Of a stretch of DNA of 64,000 bases, positions 52,714-64,000 are shown piece by piece. Position 1 is the stretch's first letter, and every line of letters begins with the position of its first letter. The DNA is from Nitrosopumilaceae archaeon (GTDB lineage: Archaea; Thermoproteota; Nitrososphaeria; Nitrososphaerales; Nitrosopumilaceae). The position numbers and the translations under genes are program-made. The stretch covers positions 96,001 to 160,000 of the forward strand of contig CBDCCK010000002.1 of the NCBI GenBank assembly GCA_965214835.1, in the 5' to 3' direction. The notes below the pieces were generated by a model. It was given only the letters and a program-made list of their open reading frames with translations. It did no database searches and was not told where the DNA came from.

Positions 52714-55577
52714 TCAATCAGGTGTCAGGGTTTCTCTGGCACTTTTCATTTTAGGTTTCCTAACGCTTGGCTCGGCACACCACAATTTTGTGACCGACCT
52801 TGCGTCATAGTTTCCAAACCCCATCATGGCCGATACCTTCTCGTTTATCTCATCGCGCACCTTGTCTGAATCCGCCTGGTTGGTTATTGCCAGCTCCTTT
52901 TCTGACAGTCTGTCAAACTCTGAGGATATGGCATCAAGCCTTTTGTCTCCAAATGATGAAAAGTCCGGGCATTTAAGACTCCCCAGTGCCCCCACTTGAA
53001 GCCTGCTTCTGCGTGTCTGGGCCCTCCCTCCAATGGACCAGTAGGTCATCATTCCGTATATCGAGTTGGCCCACATTGCAAACGCCTTTTTGACCCGCTC
53101 GTCCTTATGTCCTAGACTCGTATATGAGGGCCCTCCCATCACATCATTGCTTGTTATTGCTGCTACGAGTTTTTGTGAGGTCCATCTCACATTCCTGCAA
53201 ATAAAGAGGTTCGACCGCGTATCCCACATGGCATCTGCCTTTTCATCCCTGTACCTCACTCCCTTGTGTGTTGCATGTGTCATCATGCTGGTCTGAACCT
53301 TGCTGTCAACGGACCACAGCGACCTGTATCTTCCCATCGAATCGTTGTCCCCCAGCACCCTGTTGAATGTAAAGGCCCCTATGTCATCCTTGCCACTGAT
53401 GTGGCCTATGAGATGATGCGTCGGACCAACATCAAAAAGGGCATCCAGCCTCGTTATGGGAATCGTTCCGATGACCTCTCCGTCCAGACCAATCAGTTTT
53501 CCCTCGCGAAGCTTTATGCTGATGTCGTTGATACTGTCCCCGACTACCCCTACCGAGCTCCACGGGGCGCCCCCTCCTGCGCCATCCAGCGTCTTGAACA
53601 TCCTGGAGACTCCAATCTCCGAGCCTATAATCACCGGCCCGTCCTTTGGTGCAGCCCTGACGGCCTTTGCCATCTCTATGGCAACACCAAGCCGCAGTAT
53701 GGGCTCGTAAAGCGTAACACACCGTACATCGGATCGCTGCCCGTCTGACTCGGCTTTCTTTCTGGCAACAAGGAACATCTCCTCCATGTTGGTGTCAGCA
53801 GATATGGCATTCCTGCCTATTGCCTTGCCGGACTGTGTCGCGACTACTGTGATGTCCTCAAACTCACACTCTATCATATTCCTTGTGACCTTCCAGGTGT
53901 CTGCATATGCGGCAGTCCTTGGAAGCACGAACCCCATCATCCCGCCAGGCCTGATCTTCCTTCTTGCTATGCACAGGTACGTGGCGGCCATTCCAGCCGT
54001 CTTTACACACGGCTCCTCTTTTACCAGATCCCCCCATTTCTCCTGGCACAGCTTGCGCTCCTCCTCACTCAGGCCTGCAATGTCAAACGCACTCTGGCCG
54101 CCGCGTGTCCTACTGTATGGCGGATTCATCAGTATCACGTCAAAGGCGCCGTCTGCAATCTTTACAGATGAAAAGTGCTCGTCAAGCGATTCCCTGCCGG
54201 TGGAGTGCCCGAACATGCCGTGCGCCATGTCGGTGATGGCGCTTGCCGTGATGTATTCTATGGAGCCGGTCTTGATCGCGCCAAAATCCCTCTTTTTTAT
54301 TTTCTGCTTCCTGTCATCCCTCATGTCCCCGACTGATACCCATCCTATGTTGCTCAGACTGTACGGGTTCGTGGATCGCATGGCAAGTCCGGCAGACGTA
54401 AGATGTGCCGCTATCGGGGAGACATCCACGCCGTACAGCCCGTGCTCCATGGCGTTCTTGTGGAGTTTTTCCACATTGGGCTTTTTTCTTCCCTTGAAGG
54501 CCTGGTGATACGCCTCTATCTGGGCATATGCGAACCTGAGCAGCGTGCCGGTTCCGCATGCAAGGTCGCATATCCTGAACCCGTCAAACAGCGCCGGATC
54601 CGACCAGTCTGCCATGTTGTCAGTTATCGTCATTGCCGAAAGGAACTCGGCATTGTGGGCCTGCGTGTAAAACGCGGCTGCCTCTTTTCTGTCAGAGGAC
54701 AGCTTTGGAAAGAGTTCTGCTCCGATGCTGATGTCAGTTCCGGTCTTTGTCGCATCAATAAGCTCGACAGCATCAAGCAGGCGCTCAAGTGATTCTGTCA
54801 CCGGTCCGGGACTCTCGGTTCTTATTTCATCTAGCACCCTGATGGCAGGCTCAAAGATCGGCTTCCAGTTTATTTGGAGCAGCTTTCTCCATGCCGATAC
54901 ACATTCACTGGGAGTCTTTGATGGGGGGGGGTGTCGTGATAGTGCATCAGCTTTCGCTGTACTATGAATGCATCAATCCACAATATGGCAGTCGTACGCA
55001 ACCCGTCAAACTGGGATCTCTGGTACAGTGTCTTGGATATTTTCTCCAGCCTGCTTTTAGGTATGGCATCCATCATCTTTGTGGCAGCCTCACCTACCTT
55101 TGATGCAACCTTGCCTCCGACAATTTCGAGCTCCTCCTTGGGAATTGATGCCGATGTTGCAAGTCGGGAGATGTCAGCATACGTGCCCTTCATGAATCCG
55201 GAGCTTGGAAACCTAAAGTTTCCATTAGGCGTCTGCTGGTGCAGTGCGTAACTGAACACGTCATCCCTTTTCAGCTTCTTTGACTTGCGGTATTTTTTAT
55301 CCAGTTCGACTGATATGGCGGTTCTGATGGTGTCACCCGTCCTCGCGTGACATTTTCCAAGTCTGGCAATCGCGTCATTGTCGGCATCCCCTGGGAGGTA
55401 TGATGTCTCTATTATGACTGCCGGTAGCCCTTCAATGTCAAGCAGTATGTCGGGTCTAAGGCCCCTTGATTCTTTGAGCATTCCGGTCTCCTCGATGTGC
55501 ACGCGCCCGCCAAGTCTCTGGTTGGTACGTTCCATGGCCTCCCCAAGTATTCTGTTGAACTCGCCTTCCTGCTTCAT
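52714..55577 (-). pseudogene. Type IIG-like restriction-modification fusion, frameshifted at a C9 tract (54923..54931)
   Basis: N-part: PDILL..IIETS nuclease motif. C-part: FYT, DLACGTGT, NPPY. One extra C fuses the frames (..DTPPPSKTPSECVSAWRKLLQINWKPIF..). Confidence 0.85.
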
Positions 55578-56132
55578 TCAATCATCCTATCCTTTCTTTT
55601 TGATTATCATAATCCAGGAACCCTTTATCTTATCAATGTCCCATTCTAAATGATCCCCCTGAGACAGTACCGAGTCTTTTTCGGGACTGCTTTTTGCTAT
55701 TTCCGCCTGGAGTCCCTTGTCTGCGACATCCTGTCTTGATTTGAATGCCGGAAGAAGGTCATCAAATTGTTTGTCTATGTAATTTAGACGAAAGTGGATG
55801 AACGCGATAAAAACGGCAACTATTGAGGCGACTATGGCTAAAAATTCAACACCCAAACTGTTGGTCTGACATGAATGTCAAAGTTAAACCTTGCTGATGC
55901 CTTCATCGTACGAGTTTACCCCTCAGGAGACAAGGCTGGCCCGAACCTTCATGATCGTGCCTGCTACGCCGTATTCCTCGAGATGGGGTAAACTCATACG
56001 CCTTCATCAGGAGGGCCAATTAAGGTGGCGATCACTGCCGGCCCTGTACCGCCGCCTGTTTTCACATGTGCCGGCAGGATGTCAAATCCGCGCGATTTTA
56101 TCCTTATAACCTACGGGCTCTAAACATATCAC

Positions 56133-58313
56133 ATGCTTACAAGACAGGCGACCGAAAGGGCGATAGCAGAGGAGATACCCCTCAAGAAGGGCAGGAAGCT
56201 CGACGTCACGAACCTCAAGGTGTCCGTGTACACGGACGACGGCATCACCGTCTCTGTTCCGGCGCCGTCGCTGCGCTGCATCATTCCGCTTGACAAGAAA
56301 AAGGTGCGCATCCAGTACTGGGCGCCGGTCGCAGGAAACCCCGAGCCGCAGAGGCAGTACACAGACATCGAGCTGCACAAGCCCGAACGCGAGGCAGTCC
56401 ACCTGTGCCGCCAGATAAAGGACGCATACGAGAAGGCCGGTATATTTTCCCACAACCCCCGGGGGTTCGTTCTTCTCGTGCCCGACGAGCGCATCGTGAC
56501 CGTATACGATGACATACGCACCGAGCACGGGCGCGGCATGATGTACATTACAAACGTCGGCGTAATAGTGGAGACCGGCGGCGGCGTAATGTACGAGATC
56601 CCGTTTGACTGCATCCAGATAATATCTGACCACAAAAAAGATTCCCTTAGGCTGGTCTGGACGGAGGGGAATGCCACCCACAAAGCCGACCTGCGCATGT
56701 CCGGCGCCGGGCTCCGCAACGAGGCAGGCGGCCTGATACGCCGCGAGCTGGACACGTACCGCTCGGGCAGCGGCTACGAGTTCCGTCAGCTTGACGCAAA
56801 GTACTCGCAGCTGTCAGTAACGGACATACGCGAGATGGTCGGCCGCTCGGACCCCGAGTACGCCAGGTACGTCCGGCTGCACGCCATCCAGGTGTTCGGG
56901 TTCGAGTCGTGGTCTGAGATCGACGCCTCGCACGTGCTTGCCTGCAAGATCCTGGGGGTTAACCCGGAGGTTCTGGTGCGCGACATGCCAGAGGACGAGC
57001 TGCGCGACCGCCGCAGGTACGTCACAAAGTTCACGCCGGAGCTTGAGCGCAAGCTGTACGAGTACGAGATGACGCTGACGTATGCCGGCAATATCAAGGG
57101 AAGCGCCCTCACACCCGAGACGACAAAGCAGCTGCTGGATACCGACGAGTGGAAGGAACTCGTCAAGACGGCCAATACAATGCTGGATGACGAGGATCTA
57201 AAGTGGTACTTTGGCGCCGAGTCAAAGAGGCTTGCGGCCTCCATGTTCCGCGCCGACATACGCATGACCGGCATATTATATGACATATGGCGCAAGGACC
57301 ACCCCCTTACCGACTTTCGGGACGGGTATGACACCAGGTGGATTGACTGGCTGCTAAAGGAGACCGACAGGCCCGAGTATGATTTGGTGTTTGGCCATCC
57401 GTACTTTGAGAGGGCGTCGCTGATAGAGATGATAAAGATTGCAGACCGCAACCGCGTAACCCTTGAAAGCTTTAGAAAGCCCGACGGCATACCCGACGAG
57501 GACATCTTCAACAACTGCTGGTACGACAAGAAGAACAAGATGTGGTGGGTACAGGACGACCACCTGCCGGACTGTGTTACCGAGCTTGCTGCATCAGACC
57601 CCGATCACTCGCAGGCGACCATCGGCAGGCGCGTCTGGGGGTTTGCCGAAAAGGACGTCCTGAAGGTGTATGACAAGTATCCCTCCATCCTTCTCGACCT
57701 GCCTGGCTGCGACTGGCTGGTTGACAGGCCTACCCAGAAATGGGATCCGGATACGGGTTACATCGGTATCGGCAAGGCCGTATCACGGATACGCCACTCC
57801 CTTGCCATACTCCGGGAGGGACAGATCCGGGCGATTGACACTCCCGTGATGGCCACATACATGCGATGGCAATCTCCGGAGCTTCATTACATTCCTGTGG
57901 CATCCGGTGGTATGACTACTGGCACACCTCTATCCATGTATGAGCATACACGGCTGTTCAGGCGTCCGTTCGTGCCCTTCAACGAGTGCCTCCGCAGGGT
58001 GCTGTTCTCGGCGTTCTGTGGTCTCGGGTTCAACGGTTACGTTCCGTACACCGAGGAGCAGCCGTACGCGTATGTCAGGCCGGAAAAGAGGCCCGGGTTC
58101 AGGGAGGACACAAAGTGGGAGAAAATGAGGATGGAGGTTTTGCGCCACCTGTATGCCGGAGACCTGGAGTGGCTCAAGCAGCATAAAAAGTCCAGGACTT
58201 TTTTCGATCCCAATGTACATGGCGACGTAAAGGCGCTGTATGAGACAGAGCCGGACGCCCGCAAAGACACGTTTGATTTTTACGGCATGACCCACCACGG
58301 AACCTACTATTAG
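56133..58313 (+). CDS. Large hypothetical protein
   Basis: 726-aa ORF with strong GC3 bias; TATA-like TTATAA about 25 nt upstream. Confidence 0.75.
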   Translation: MLTRQATERAIAEEIPLKKGRKLDVTNLKVSVYTDDGITVSVPAPSLRCIIPLDKKKVRIQYWAPVAGNPEPQRQYTDIELHKPEREAVHLCRQIKDAYEKAGIFSHNPRGFVLLVPDERIVTVYDDIRTEHGRGMMYITNVGVIVETGGGVMYEIPFDCIQIISDHKKDSLRLVWTEGNATHKADLRMSGAGLRNEAGGLIRRELDTYRSGSGYEFRQLDAKYSQLSVTDIREMVGRSDPEYARYVRLHAIQVFGFESWSEIDASHVLACKILGVNPEVLVRDMPEDELRDRRRYVTKFTPELERKLYEYEMTLTYAGNIKGSALTPETTKQLLDTDEWKELVKTANTMLDDEDLKWYFGAESKRLAASMFRADIRMTGILYDIWRKDHPLTDFRDGYDTRWIDWLLKETDRPEYDLVFGHPYFERASLIEMIKIADRNRVTLESFRKPDGIPDEDIFNNCWYDKKNKMWWVQDDHLPDCVTELAASDPDHSQATIGRRVWGFAEKDVLKVYDKYPSILLDLPGCDWLVDRPTQKWDPDTGYIGIGKAVSRIRHSLAILREGQIRAIDTPVMATYMRWQSPELHYIPVASGGMTTGTPLSMYEHTRLFRRPFVPFNECLRRVLFSAFCGLGFNGYVPYTEEQPYAYVRPEKRPGFREDTKWEKMRMEVLRHLYAGDLEWLKQHKKSRTFFDPNVHGDVKALYETEPDARKDTFDFYGMTHHGTYY

Positions 58314-58433
58314 GACTCGTCATTGCCGGACGAGTCAATTTGATCTGTGCGGATGCCCCTCCCCCACATGCCGCCTGTGGCCCGTCTCATCTCTTGTAAC
58401 ACCGACGCAGGGACAAGCCCCGGGAAACCTCAT

Positions 58434-60764
58434 CTAAGGATTCTGTTGATGTTGTATAGTGACTGTTGTTTTTGGAGCCGTTGTACTGACACCACCCGAC
58501 GCCAGCCCATCCAGCGGAGAAGTTCCGGAGGCTATGCCATTGCGGAGCCCCTCTGCCATCGCAACCCTCTCGTTGAACTGCTCTATCCCTGCCGTTTGTG
58601 GTGATACCAGCGGCATGTTGATCATTCCCATTGCCGGCAATATCTCGTGGTTGATGGGCAGGCGGCTTTTCATGGTGATGCCGGCGAGATCCTTCTCTGT
58701 CGCAATCATCCCGACAGCCGATGCCATGTCAGTTGCCTCGGCGCTGCCCGGTGTGTCTATGGCCCCGCCCCTGAGTGGCCTGCTGCCCTGGAAGGTCGCG
58801 CCACCGCCGCCAGAGTAACCCGCAGGAGCGTGACCCCCCGTAAACCACCGCTTCATGCGCGCCCACCTCGACTCAGGCTGTCCGGCATCGCCCGCAGGAG
58901 CGTGGCCCGGCGCCGGGACAAAGACGGCTCCCGGCGGCCTCACCGATGCGGCCGCCCTGTCGTATATCGCGTTGCCCGTGCGCGGCGGAGGCGGCGGCAG
59001 CTCGTCGCCCACGTGCGCCGGCGTCCCTATGGGCCCTGCCCGTACCGTTCCTGCCGCCGCTCGCGGCGGAGACTGCTGCTGCTGTACCGCCGGCGGCGCG
59101 TCGGCGCCCGGAGTCGCGGCCCTTGCCCCGTGCATCATCCCCGACGAGCCCTCGCCGAGCCCCATCGTGTTGGCGGCAAACCCGCCGCCGGCGCCTCGCC
59201 CCAGCCCCTTTGCCGCGCCGTACGCAAGCGATCCGAGGCCGGCCCTCGTCCCCAGCAGGTTGTGCATGCCCGCAAGGCCGCCCCCGCCGGCCGCTGCCGT
59301 CCCTCCAAAGACTCCCCGCGCAGCCGTCCCCATGCCGGCGGCAGCCCCGCTGACTGCCTGCGTGGTGGCCATGACCCCTGCCATGGTCCCCGTCATCACC
59401 ATCCGCTGGCCCATCGACGACACGGATCCCAGCATGGGTACGAACATGACGGGTGCCATCACCCCCAGCGACAGCGTGGCGACTGCGGCCACCCAGAACA
59501 GGAACCGCTCCTCGTAGACGTCCTTTGGAAGTATCTGGCAGGTGGCCGCAATGTCCGGCGGCAGGCTGTCGCGGTCAGTTACCGTTATCTGGCCGTCGGC
59601 TCCCTCGCAGCTGGCCGCAAACGTGGTGGCATCATCCTCCATGTTCAGAAGCGCGACCGCACCTGCCGAGATTATCAGCGCCGTAAAGAAGGGCACCATC
59701 AGTAAAGGCACAAAGGCCTGCAGCAGCATGTTTGAGAGCCGGTCGATGTGGAACAGCGGGATGCACCGCAGCGCAAGCAGTATGGGCAGCGATATCGCTA
59801 TGATATCCACCAGGACTATCCTGACCGTGGAGACGAACACGGCCATGGTGGCCACGAACAGCAGCATCGACATCTTTGCAATCCCTGCAAAGATCGCAGT
59901 GACTATCCCCTCCAGATACGTCTGGATGTATGCTGACAGCTGCGTGAACATGGCAGTCAGATCAAGATCGTCGCCGAATGCCCCCGTGTCCAGCTCGACT
60001 GAGGCCCCAAAACGCGCCTTTGCAAACAGGTACTCGGGCCGCAGGTTATAGTCGCACATGCCGTCTTCTGTCGGCGCGCCCAGGAACTCCTGGAGCGGGA
60101 TTCCTCCCGGATGGCTCCGGTCGTATATCTCGCGGTTTATGTCGGCTATCTGCGCCAGGTACCCGTTCCCGAGCGATCCTATATCGTACGCGCAGAGCGG
60201 GTCGTCGGGGCCGTCGGGAAACCCGTACAGCGGATTTAACATCCACAGCGCCGAGTTTGTCGAGGCGTCCGATATCGGATCCCAGACGTACGGGAACACC
60301 ATGATGAATATTATCCCGAATACGGCAGACTTGAACATGTTCTTCATGTCGTCGCCGGTGACTATCTCGGCCTTTTTGAGGATCATCAGCGCGCCGAACA
60401 GCAAAAACACGAATATGAAGAATACAAGCGAGGCCTCGCGCAGCATCGCGTACTGGACAAAGCTGCTGTTGCCCATCTCCCTGCCGTCGGGCGCCACGTG
60501 AAAATCAAATCCGGGGGTGGTGGTTATCAGCTCCGCATAGTGCGGCGCTATCATGTCGACGAAGGCGCCCAGCAGCGCGATGGTCAGCAGGTTGCCTCCG
60601 ACCAGAGTGGCGATATGGATTATGGCATCAAGGCCGGGCACCACTGCCGCAAGCGAGGGGGCCCGCGATGCGAATGCCGCCGATGCTGCCGTGCGCATCC
60701 GGCCGAGCGCGCCCCGCATCCGTCCCGGGTCGGCGTACAGCAGGCGCCCGAGGGATGCCGTCAT
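58434..60764 (-). CDS. VirB6/TrbL-like polytopic membrane protein
   Basis: Multiple TM helices and a Gly/Ala-rich C-terminal tail; co-oriented with the PrgI-like, VirB4 and VirD4 genes. Confidence 0.7.
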   Translation of the reverse strand: MTASLGRLLYADPGRMRGALGRMRTAASAAFASRAPSLAAVVPGLDAIIHIATLVGGNLLTIALLGAFVDMIAPHYAELITTTPGFDFHVAPDGREMGNSSFVQYAMLREASLVFFIFVFLLFGALMILKKAEIVTGDDMKNMFKSAVFGIIFIMVFPYVWDPISDASTNSALWMLNPLYGFPDGPDDPLCAYDIGSLGNGYLAQIADINREIYDRSHPGGIPLQEFLGAPTEDGMCDYNLRPEYLFAKARFGASVELDTGAFGDDLDLTAMFTQLSAYIQTYLEGIVTAIFAGIAKMSMLLFVATMAVFVSTVRIVLVDIIAISLPILLALRCIPLFHIDRLSNMLLQAFVPLLMVPFFTALIISAGAVALLNMEDDATTFAASCEGADGQITVTDRDSLPPDIAATCQILPKDVYEERFLFWVAAVATLSLGVMAPVMFVPMLGSVSSMGQRMVMTGTMAGVMATTQAVSGAAAGMGTAARGVFGGTAAAGGGGLAGMHNLLGTRAGLGSLAYGAAKGLGRGAGGGFAANTMGLGEGSSGMMHGARAATPGADAPPAVQQQQSPPRAAAGTVRAGPIGTPAHVGDELPPPPPRTGNAIYDRAAASVRPPGAVFVPAPGHAPAGDAGQPESRWARMKRWFTGGHAPAGYSGGGGATFQGSRPLRGGAIDTPGSAEATDMASAVGMIATEKDLAGITMKSRLPINHEILPAMGMINMPLVSPQTAGIEQFNERVAMAEGLRNGIASGTSPLDGLASGGVSTTAPKTTVTIQHQQNP

Positions 60765-60769
60765 CGCAG

Positions 60770-61486
60770 TCACTGCCCCCCTCCTCCTCCTCCCCCCTTC
60801 TTGGCAAAGCGGACGGTATCCCGGTACAGCTCCTCGCCGTCGGGGCCGGCTATCCTTATTCTCTTTGGTCCGTACCTGTCTATCATTACGGTCCACGAGA
60901 CCTTGCCGCCCTTTTCTGTCGGCGCGCTTGCGACCAGCTGCTCTTCTGCACCGTCTGGCTCTCCCATGTATATGGCGCATCTCGTGAACCTCTTTTCTGC
61001 GGACGTCCTGACCGTTATCGTCAGCGGCATCTCAATGTCGTCTATGTACATCGTATTTTCCGTGCCTGCTGCTGCCGACTTGGGCATCGCCGGGCTGCCG
61101 CCGGACTTGCCGCCTGCCGCCGCCGTTGCTGTTGTTGCTGCTGCCGCCTGCCCGTCAGCTGACCGCAGTCCCGCGCCTGCAAGCCTGGATGCCTCCGGCC
61201 TCCTCTTCTTTGTTCCCCTTCCCGATACCCCCAGATGGAACTGCAGCATCGCCGCTATCTGCCTCTCCGGCGCAAGAAACCCGCTGGGCTTGAGCCCTAT
61301 GACCAGGATGAACAGCCCGATGGCAGCCGACGCAGGATGCCAGGATCCGGAGACGGCCGCAGATATCAGCCCCAGCCCGAAGGTCAGCGACAGTATCTGG
61401 CGCGGCGAGAACCGGTACACCGATAAATCTACCCACCGTATGTCCATCAGCGACTTTGTGGGAACGGACAGTATTCTCATATCCAT
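60770..61486 (-). CDS. PrgI/VirB3-like membrane protein with an extra C-terminal domain
   Basis: VP...FSPRQI, two TM helices, KPSG..PE pattern. Confidence 0.55.
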   Translation of the reverse strand: MDMRILSVPTKSLMDIRWVDLSVYRFSPRQILSLTFGLGLISAAVSGSWHPASAAIGLFILVIGLKPSGFLAPERQIAAMLQFHLGVSGRGTKKRRPEASRLAGAGLRSADGQAAAATTATAAAGGKSGGSPAMPKSAAAGTENTMYIDDIEMPLTITVRTSAEKRFTRCAIYMGEPDGAEEQLVASAPTEKGGKVSWTVMIDRYGPKRIRIAGPDGEELYRDTVRFAKKGGGGGGGQ

Positions 61487-61633
61487 GACATCAGGATTTG
61501 TATTAAAGGACTAAATTGGTGCCAAAATGGGCATGTTTGGAGCCGAATCTGCAGGTAGTACACCAGGACTAATCCTGTATGGAATGGGACTCAAGTCATT
61601 GACGGTACCGCATCATCACAGGTACATGTGTGA

Positions 61634-62032
61634 CTATTTCAGCTTGCCGCTTATCTCATCCAGCTTGCCGTTCATCTCCCTGAGCGTGTCGCGCATATCC
61701 CTGAGGGTCTCTGATATGTCATCAAGCTTGTCCAGCTTCTTGTCCATAGTGTCCAGCTTGTCCAGCTTCTTGTCCATAGTGTCCAGCTTGTCCATGATCT
61801 TCTTCGTGTCACCCCTGCTTAGAAACATGTCAATCACAAAAACCGCGATTCCTATTAAAGCCCCAAAAATGATGCCTAGTGCAGGACTGTCAAACTGGTT
61901 CCAGAAAAAGAATGTGGCTATCAGGGCGGCGGCTACCACTATTGTACAATGTATCGTCAGTGCGATCCAGTCCCTAGTCCCTGGTGGCTCTTGGAGCTTT
62001 CTCCCCATCATGAGGAGTTGTTTGAGTGTCAT
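61634..62032 (-). CDS. LDKLD heptad-repeat membrane protein
   Basis: Two TM helices plus MDKLDTMDKKLDKLD. Confidence 0.75.
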   Translation of the reverse strand: MTLKQLLMMGRKLQEPPGTRDWIALTIHCTIVVAAALIATFFFWNQFDSPALGIIFGALIGIAVFVIDMFLSRGDTKKIMDKLDTMDKKLDKLDTMDKKLDKLDDISETLRDMRDTLREMNGKLDEISGKLK

Positions 62033-62075
62033 GCTAATATGTGATCATGTCAGAAGATGTCGTGGGAGCCTTGCG

Positions 62076-62453
62076 TTACTTTCTCTCCGGAAGGCGCTCG
62101 CGCAGGATGTCGCGAATCTCCTTTAGAATGTCTTTCATTTCAACCTGTGTCTCTATGATGTCGTCCAGCTTGCCGTCTATGCTGTCAAGCTTGGCATCCA
62201 TGCTGTCAAGCTTGGCATCCATGCTGTCAAACCTGTCCCTTACCTCGTCCATTGACTTTCTTGACAGAAACATTCCACCCACGAAAAAGGAGCTTGCTAT
62301 TAAAGCCGAAATGAAGAACGCTTCTGGCGGATCGATGCTCGGGAGAAGGTAGCTCAGCAGCAATGAGAGAAGGAAGAACAGTCCGATGGCCGCGAGCATC
62401 ATGTGATAGTTTATGTTGCTGCCCCTGTCATCCCTGCGGCCGTCTGTCTGCAT
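62076..62453 (-). CDS. LDKLD-like heptad-repeat membrane protein
   Basis: Two TM helices plus DSMDAKL repeats. Confidence 0.7.
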   Translation of the reverse strand: MQTDGRRDDRGSNINYHMMLAAIGLFFLLSLLLSYLLPSIDPPEAFFISALIASSFFVGGMFLSRKSMDEVRDRFDSMDAKLDSMDAKLDSIDGKLDDIIETQVEMKDILKEIRDILRERLPERK

Positions 62454-62843
62454 CAGTCTGTGTTGTGGCGAGGCCGTGTAAGTCTTTCCCCTGTACTCCC
62501 GGTTGCATGCAGCCTGCCCGCATTCGCATCACCCTGCGGTTCCGCGCTTCCCGGGGCCGCCGGCGACGTCCCGCAACGCGCAGCACCGTCAATTATTTCA
62601 GATTCCCATTCCCCACATGATCAATCCCGTGATGACGCCCAATACAAAGAATATGGCAACGCCCACGGCGGTGTCTTTCATTTCACCCATCAGCCTGCCG
62701 TCTTTCTGCCCATATGCCGCATTCCTCATATTGCCGCCATCTGAATGCCATCGGTTCTGTCCAGCAATCGGTTGAAACTGGACAGCCTGATGCCTACACG
62801 TGCGCGGCCCCTTCGCCCTGCCTGCCAGAGTGCGGATGCGCCG

Positions 62844-63116
62844 CTATTTCAGCTTCCGGCTGATCTCGCCAAGCTTTCCGTTTATCTCCCTGAGCGTGTC
62901 GCGCATCTCCTTTAGGGTCTCCGATATGTCGTCAAGCTTGTCCAGCTTCTTGTCAATGGTGTCCAGCTTCTTGTCCATCGTCTCAAGCTTGTCCAGCTTC
63001 TTGTCAATGGTATCAAGCTTGCCTCCAAGCAGCTCCTCGGTCTTTCTGATTCTCCTTTCGCTCAGCAACAAGTTGACTATGAAAAGCGGCAAGGCAAATA
63101 AAACCGAAAAGAACAC
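62844..63116 (-). pseudogene. 5'-truncated duplicate of an LDKLD membrane protein
   Basis: Begins mid-TM directly after the stop of 63127..63555. Confidence 0.55.
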
Positions 63117-63126
63117 GAATTCACGG

Positions 63127-63555
63127 CTATTTCAGCTTCCGGTTGATCTCGTTAAGGGTGTCGCGCATATCCCTGAGTATCTTCGATATGTCGTCAAGCT
63201 TGTCCAGCTTCTTGTCCATCGTCTCAAGCTTGTCCAGCTTCTTGTCAATGGTGTCCAGCTTCTTGTCCATCGTCTCAAGCTTGTCCAGCTTCCTGTCAAT
63301 GGTATCAAGCTTGCCTCCAAGCAGCTCCTCCGTCTTTTTGATCCTCCTCTCGCTCAGCAACAAGTTGATTACGAAAAGCGGCAAAGCAATTAAAGCCGAA
63401 AAGAACAGCCACGTCTGGATGGCCTCGCCGTAGACGGCGTGTATCTCCGGCCACAGCAGCCTGAGCACGACCGACAATGCGGCCGCCAGAAGGAACGACA
63501 CCGCCGCGATAATCAGCATCACAAAGTAAATCATCGGGCCGTTGAGTCCGGTCAT
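63127..63555 (-). CDS. LDKLD heptad-repeat membrane protein
   Basis: Two TM helices plus repeats; TTAATT box about 24 nt upstream. Confidence 0.8.
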   Translation of the reverse strand: MTGLNGPMIYFVMLIIAAVSFLLAAALSVVLRLLWPEIHAVYGEAIQTWLFFSALIALPLFVINLLLSERRIKKTEELLGGKLDTIDRKLDKLETMDKKLDTIDKKLDKLETMDKKLDKLDDISKILRDMRDTLNEINRKLK

Positions 63556-63737
63556 GACACACTGTCCACGCTAGGGCTAATTAAGGAGGCGGTCACCGTT
63601 TGTATCAAAGTCGTAACTTGCCCCCGAATCCGGGGATCCGGCGGCGGCTGTCCGGCGGCGCATGTGAGGACCGGCGGCAATACCTGGCCGACGTCCATGA
63701 TCGCCACCTTAATTGGCCCCGATGGGTGCAGGATGTC

Positions 63738-64000
63738 ATGGCGGGGCGCGACTGGTCGGATATAATGCACAGGATGGCCAGCATTGCGATAGCGGTCCCC
63801 ATTGCGATACTGCTTGCGGCCCACGTACTCGTATTCCTTTTTCCCGACTGGAAGGCCGCCTACTATGAAACGCTCCTGGCTGTAGCCTTCATTTCGTCTT
63901 TAATAGCATTGCCGCTATTCGGGTTCAACATGTGGCTTGGCAACAGCGGCAAGAAGGAGATCATGGACAAGCTTGAGACGATGGACAAGAAGCTGGACAA
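63738..64000 (+). CDS. LDKLD heptad-repeat membrane protein (runs off the window)
   Basis: MAGRDWSDIMHR...LIALPLFGFNMWLG..MDKLETMDKKLD; CGCCACCTTAATT promoter upstream. Confidence 0.75.
   Translation, partial: MAGRDWSDIMHRMASIAIAVPIAILLAAHVLVFLFPDWKAAYYETLLAVAFISSLIALPLFGFNMWLGNSGKKEIMDKLETMDKKLD

Overview
Part of a large archaeal conjugative element (ICE or plasmid; no integrase or replicase in this window). The host is probably Nitrosopumilaceae, inferred from Nitrosopumilus-type secreted proteins, leaderless TATA promoters and guide matches to thaumarchaeal rRNA. Layout: (1) 1-15 kb, a minus-strand run of small hypothetical genes with two HtpG/GHKL-like ATPases. (2) 11-23 kb, an RNA-rich minus-strand region. 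It holds five hammerhead ribozymes (three cleave 1 nt before an AUG), five copies of an unrecognised covarying pseudoknot-like motif, repeated micropeptides, three HExxH proteases and a tandem array of 11 box C/D guide RNAs. Several of the guides are complementary to conserved rRNA sites, including the 23S peptidyl-transferase centre. (3) 23-42 kb, a ParM-like partition locus, orphan DNA methyltransferases, a helicase-deleted type I-G Cas3, and an orphan CRISPR array with a spacer against that cas3. (4) 42-61 kb, a VirB4/VirD4/VirB6/PrgI-like transfer module with a divergent TBP, a class II tRNA with a CCU anticodon, and a type IIG R-M gene frameshifted at a C9 tract. (5) An expanded family of membrane-anchored heptad-repeat proteins. 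The best candidate for a new system is the element-borne C/D guide array with its ribozyme-punctuated transcript. All family and rRNA assignments come from motif recognition and recalled sequences, not database searches.
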